Below, one piece after another: positions 25,310-26,792 of a DNA stretch of 26,792 nucleotides. Source of the stretch: a virus (Duplodnaviria; Caudoviricetes); IMG/VR virus record IMGVR_UViG_3300021516_000080, positions 1-26,792 of that record, one strand, 5' to 3'. Each line of letters opens with the position of its first letter. Position 1 is the stretch's first letter. Below the pieces are notes generated by a model. The model was not told the origin of the DNA, ran no database searches, and saw nothing but the letters and a program-made list of their open reading frames with translations. The translations under genes and the position numbers were made by a program.

Positions 25310-26785
25310 ATGCCAATCGACCCACAAAGCATTTCAAGCATTGGCCAGAACACCGCAGACATTGGTGGCGCTGTTCAAAAAGCGTACACGCTGTCCGATG
25401 CCATTGACCGCAGTCAGATGAACAAAATGACGCTAGCGTCTGCCCAAGAAGAACAAGCCGACCTTGCTAAATTAAAATCAATCAGCTCAAAATTTGATCT
25501 TTCTACAGCGGAAGGCCAAAACTCTTACGCTGCTGAAGCTATGAAGATTGATCCCAAACTGGGAATGCAAGTTCAAAAAAGCATGAATGAAACTCAGCGC
25601 GGCGCGCTGGAATTAGATTCTGCCAAGTTGGCAATTTACAAAGAGCAGAACGAAGCGTGGAGCGGCATATTGACCCCTGCCGCTGACATGATTAAGCAAG
25701 GCATGGCGGCGGGCAAAACACCGGCTGAAATTCAAATGTCGGTCATGCCATTGGTGCAAAACGGGTTTAAGACGTTGCAGGCCGTTAAATTGAGCAATGG
25801 CGCATCGCCTATACCCCCTGAAGCGGCTGCTCAAGTCACAAGTTTGCTTTCCTCGAACGATCCCAACGTGTTTATCAAAGGGATCATGGACGCGGCGAAC
25901 AGTTCTAACGTATCGCGAACTAAGTTAGCGGCGTTGGAAAAAGATCGGATGGGCGTTAAAAACCTAGAAAGCGAAATATCGACTCGCGGCAACAAAATTG
26001 AAACCGTGATGAAAAACGGCAAGCCAATGCGCGTTGAATTTAATGCAAATGGCGAAGAAGTTCGCACATTGGGCGAAGCGCCACCAACAGCCGCTACGGT
26101 GCAAGTTGGCGGTCCCAATGCGCAATCCTTGTTGGGTGAATTGGCGCTTCGTGGCGTTAACATCCCCGCTCGAACTGCGGGAGCGGTAGTTGCCGGTCTT
26201 AAAAAGAATTATCCCGGCAAATCAGATGCCGAGCTTGCGGACATGGTAGTGACTGGTCAGGCCACATTAGCTGGCGTAAAAGCCGAAAAGCGCGTGGAAG
26301 GCGCTCAAGTCGGCAAGATCGAAACAGCAATACGCGAAATTCCCCAGTTTGCGGAAAAGGCGCTTGCGGCGTCTGCCAAAGTTCCACGCGGCGAATTCAG
26401 GCCGTTCAACAAACTGCGCTTGTACGCAGACACCCAATTGTCAAATCCAGATCTCAAGGAATTGAAGTCTTACCTCAATTCGTTGTCCAACGCTTACGAC
26501 GTAGCGGCGGCTCGCGGCGGCACGGACGTAAACAAACGAGCAGAAGCGCACGCTATGCTTGATGCTGCTGACAGCCCTGAGACCTTGGCTCGCGCCATTA
26601 AGGTCATGCAGGATGAAGCGGGCATTGCGCTTAAAGCCGGTCAATCGGCATTGCGCGGCGATCAACCTCCCCCCGCCGTTTCTGGGACCACCCCGGTCCC
26701 CTCCCCCGCTACGGGTGGAACAGGGGCGGCGGGGGGAACCAAACGCTGGGAAATGAAAGACGGCAAATTGGTTCCGGTGCAATAG
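25310..26785 (+). CDS. Internal virion / ejection protein
   Basis: GAGGT SD; helical Ala/Lys/Gln-rich 491-aa protein following the first ejection gene. Confidence 0.6.
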   Translation: MPIDPQSISSIGQNTADIGGAVQKAYTLSDAIDRSQMNKMTLASAQEEQADLAKLKSISSKFDLSTAEGQNSYAAEAMKIDPKLGMQVQKSMNETQRGALELDSAKLAIYKEQNEAWSGILTPAADMIKQGMAAGKTPAEIQMSVMPLVQNGFKTLQAVKLSNGASPIPPEAAAQVTSLLSSNDPNVFIKGIMDAANSSNVSRTKLAALEKDRMGVKNLESEISTRGNKIETVMKNGKPMRVEFNANGEEVRTLGEAPPTAATVQVGGPNAQSLLGELALRGVNIPARTAGAVVAGLKKNYPGKSDAELADMVVTGQATLAGVKAEKRVEGAQVGKIETAIREIPQFAEKALAASAKVPRGEFRPFNKLRLYADTQLSNPDLKELKSYLNSLSNAYDVAAARGGTDVNKRAEAHAMLDAADSPETLARAIKVMQDEAGIALKAGQSALRGDQPPPAVSGTTPVPSPATGGTGAAGGTKRWEMKDGKLVPVQ

Positions 26786-26792
26786 TGGTCCA

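Larger units (their letters stand above)
1..26792 (+). mobile_element. Tailed phage or prophage late region (P22-like podovirus gene order)
   Basis: Co-oriented, tightly packed terminase, portal, scaffold, capsid, adaptor, gp10-like and ejection genes. No att site or integrase is visible, so free phage and prophage cannot be distinguished. Confidence 0.93.

Overview
The whole window is one + strand late/structural region of a tailed phage or prophage with a P22-like podovirus layout: terS, terL, portal, scaffold, major capsid, head-tail adaptor, gp10-like hub, needle-like protein and ejection proteins. No integrase, replication genes, RNA genes or CRISPR array are visible. The main observation is a probable phage-encoded heptose glycosylation system. 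A coupled gmhA / hldA (kinase) / hldC (nucleotidyltransferase) cluster sits just upstream of the terminase genes, and a SAM-methyltransferase/GT9 heptosyltransferase-like fusion sits inside the tail module. A cupin-SET domain fusion lies a few genes further on. Together these suggest the phage modifies its own virion proteins or the host surface (inference). Two receptor-binding genes lie between terL and the portal: a WcaM/colanidase-like beta-helix tailspike and an SGNH-esterase spike. The SGNH gene is bracketed by a 40-bp direct repeat and preceded by gene relics. Two gene junctions carry mutually exclusive RNA hairpins. All family calls come from motif recognition by eye; no searches were run.
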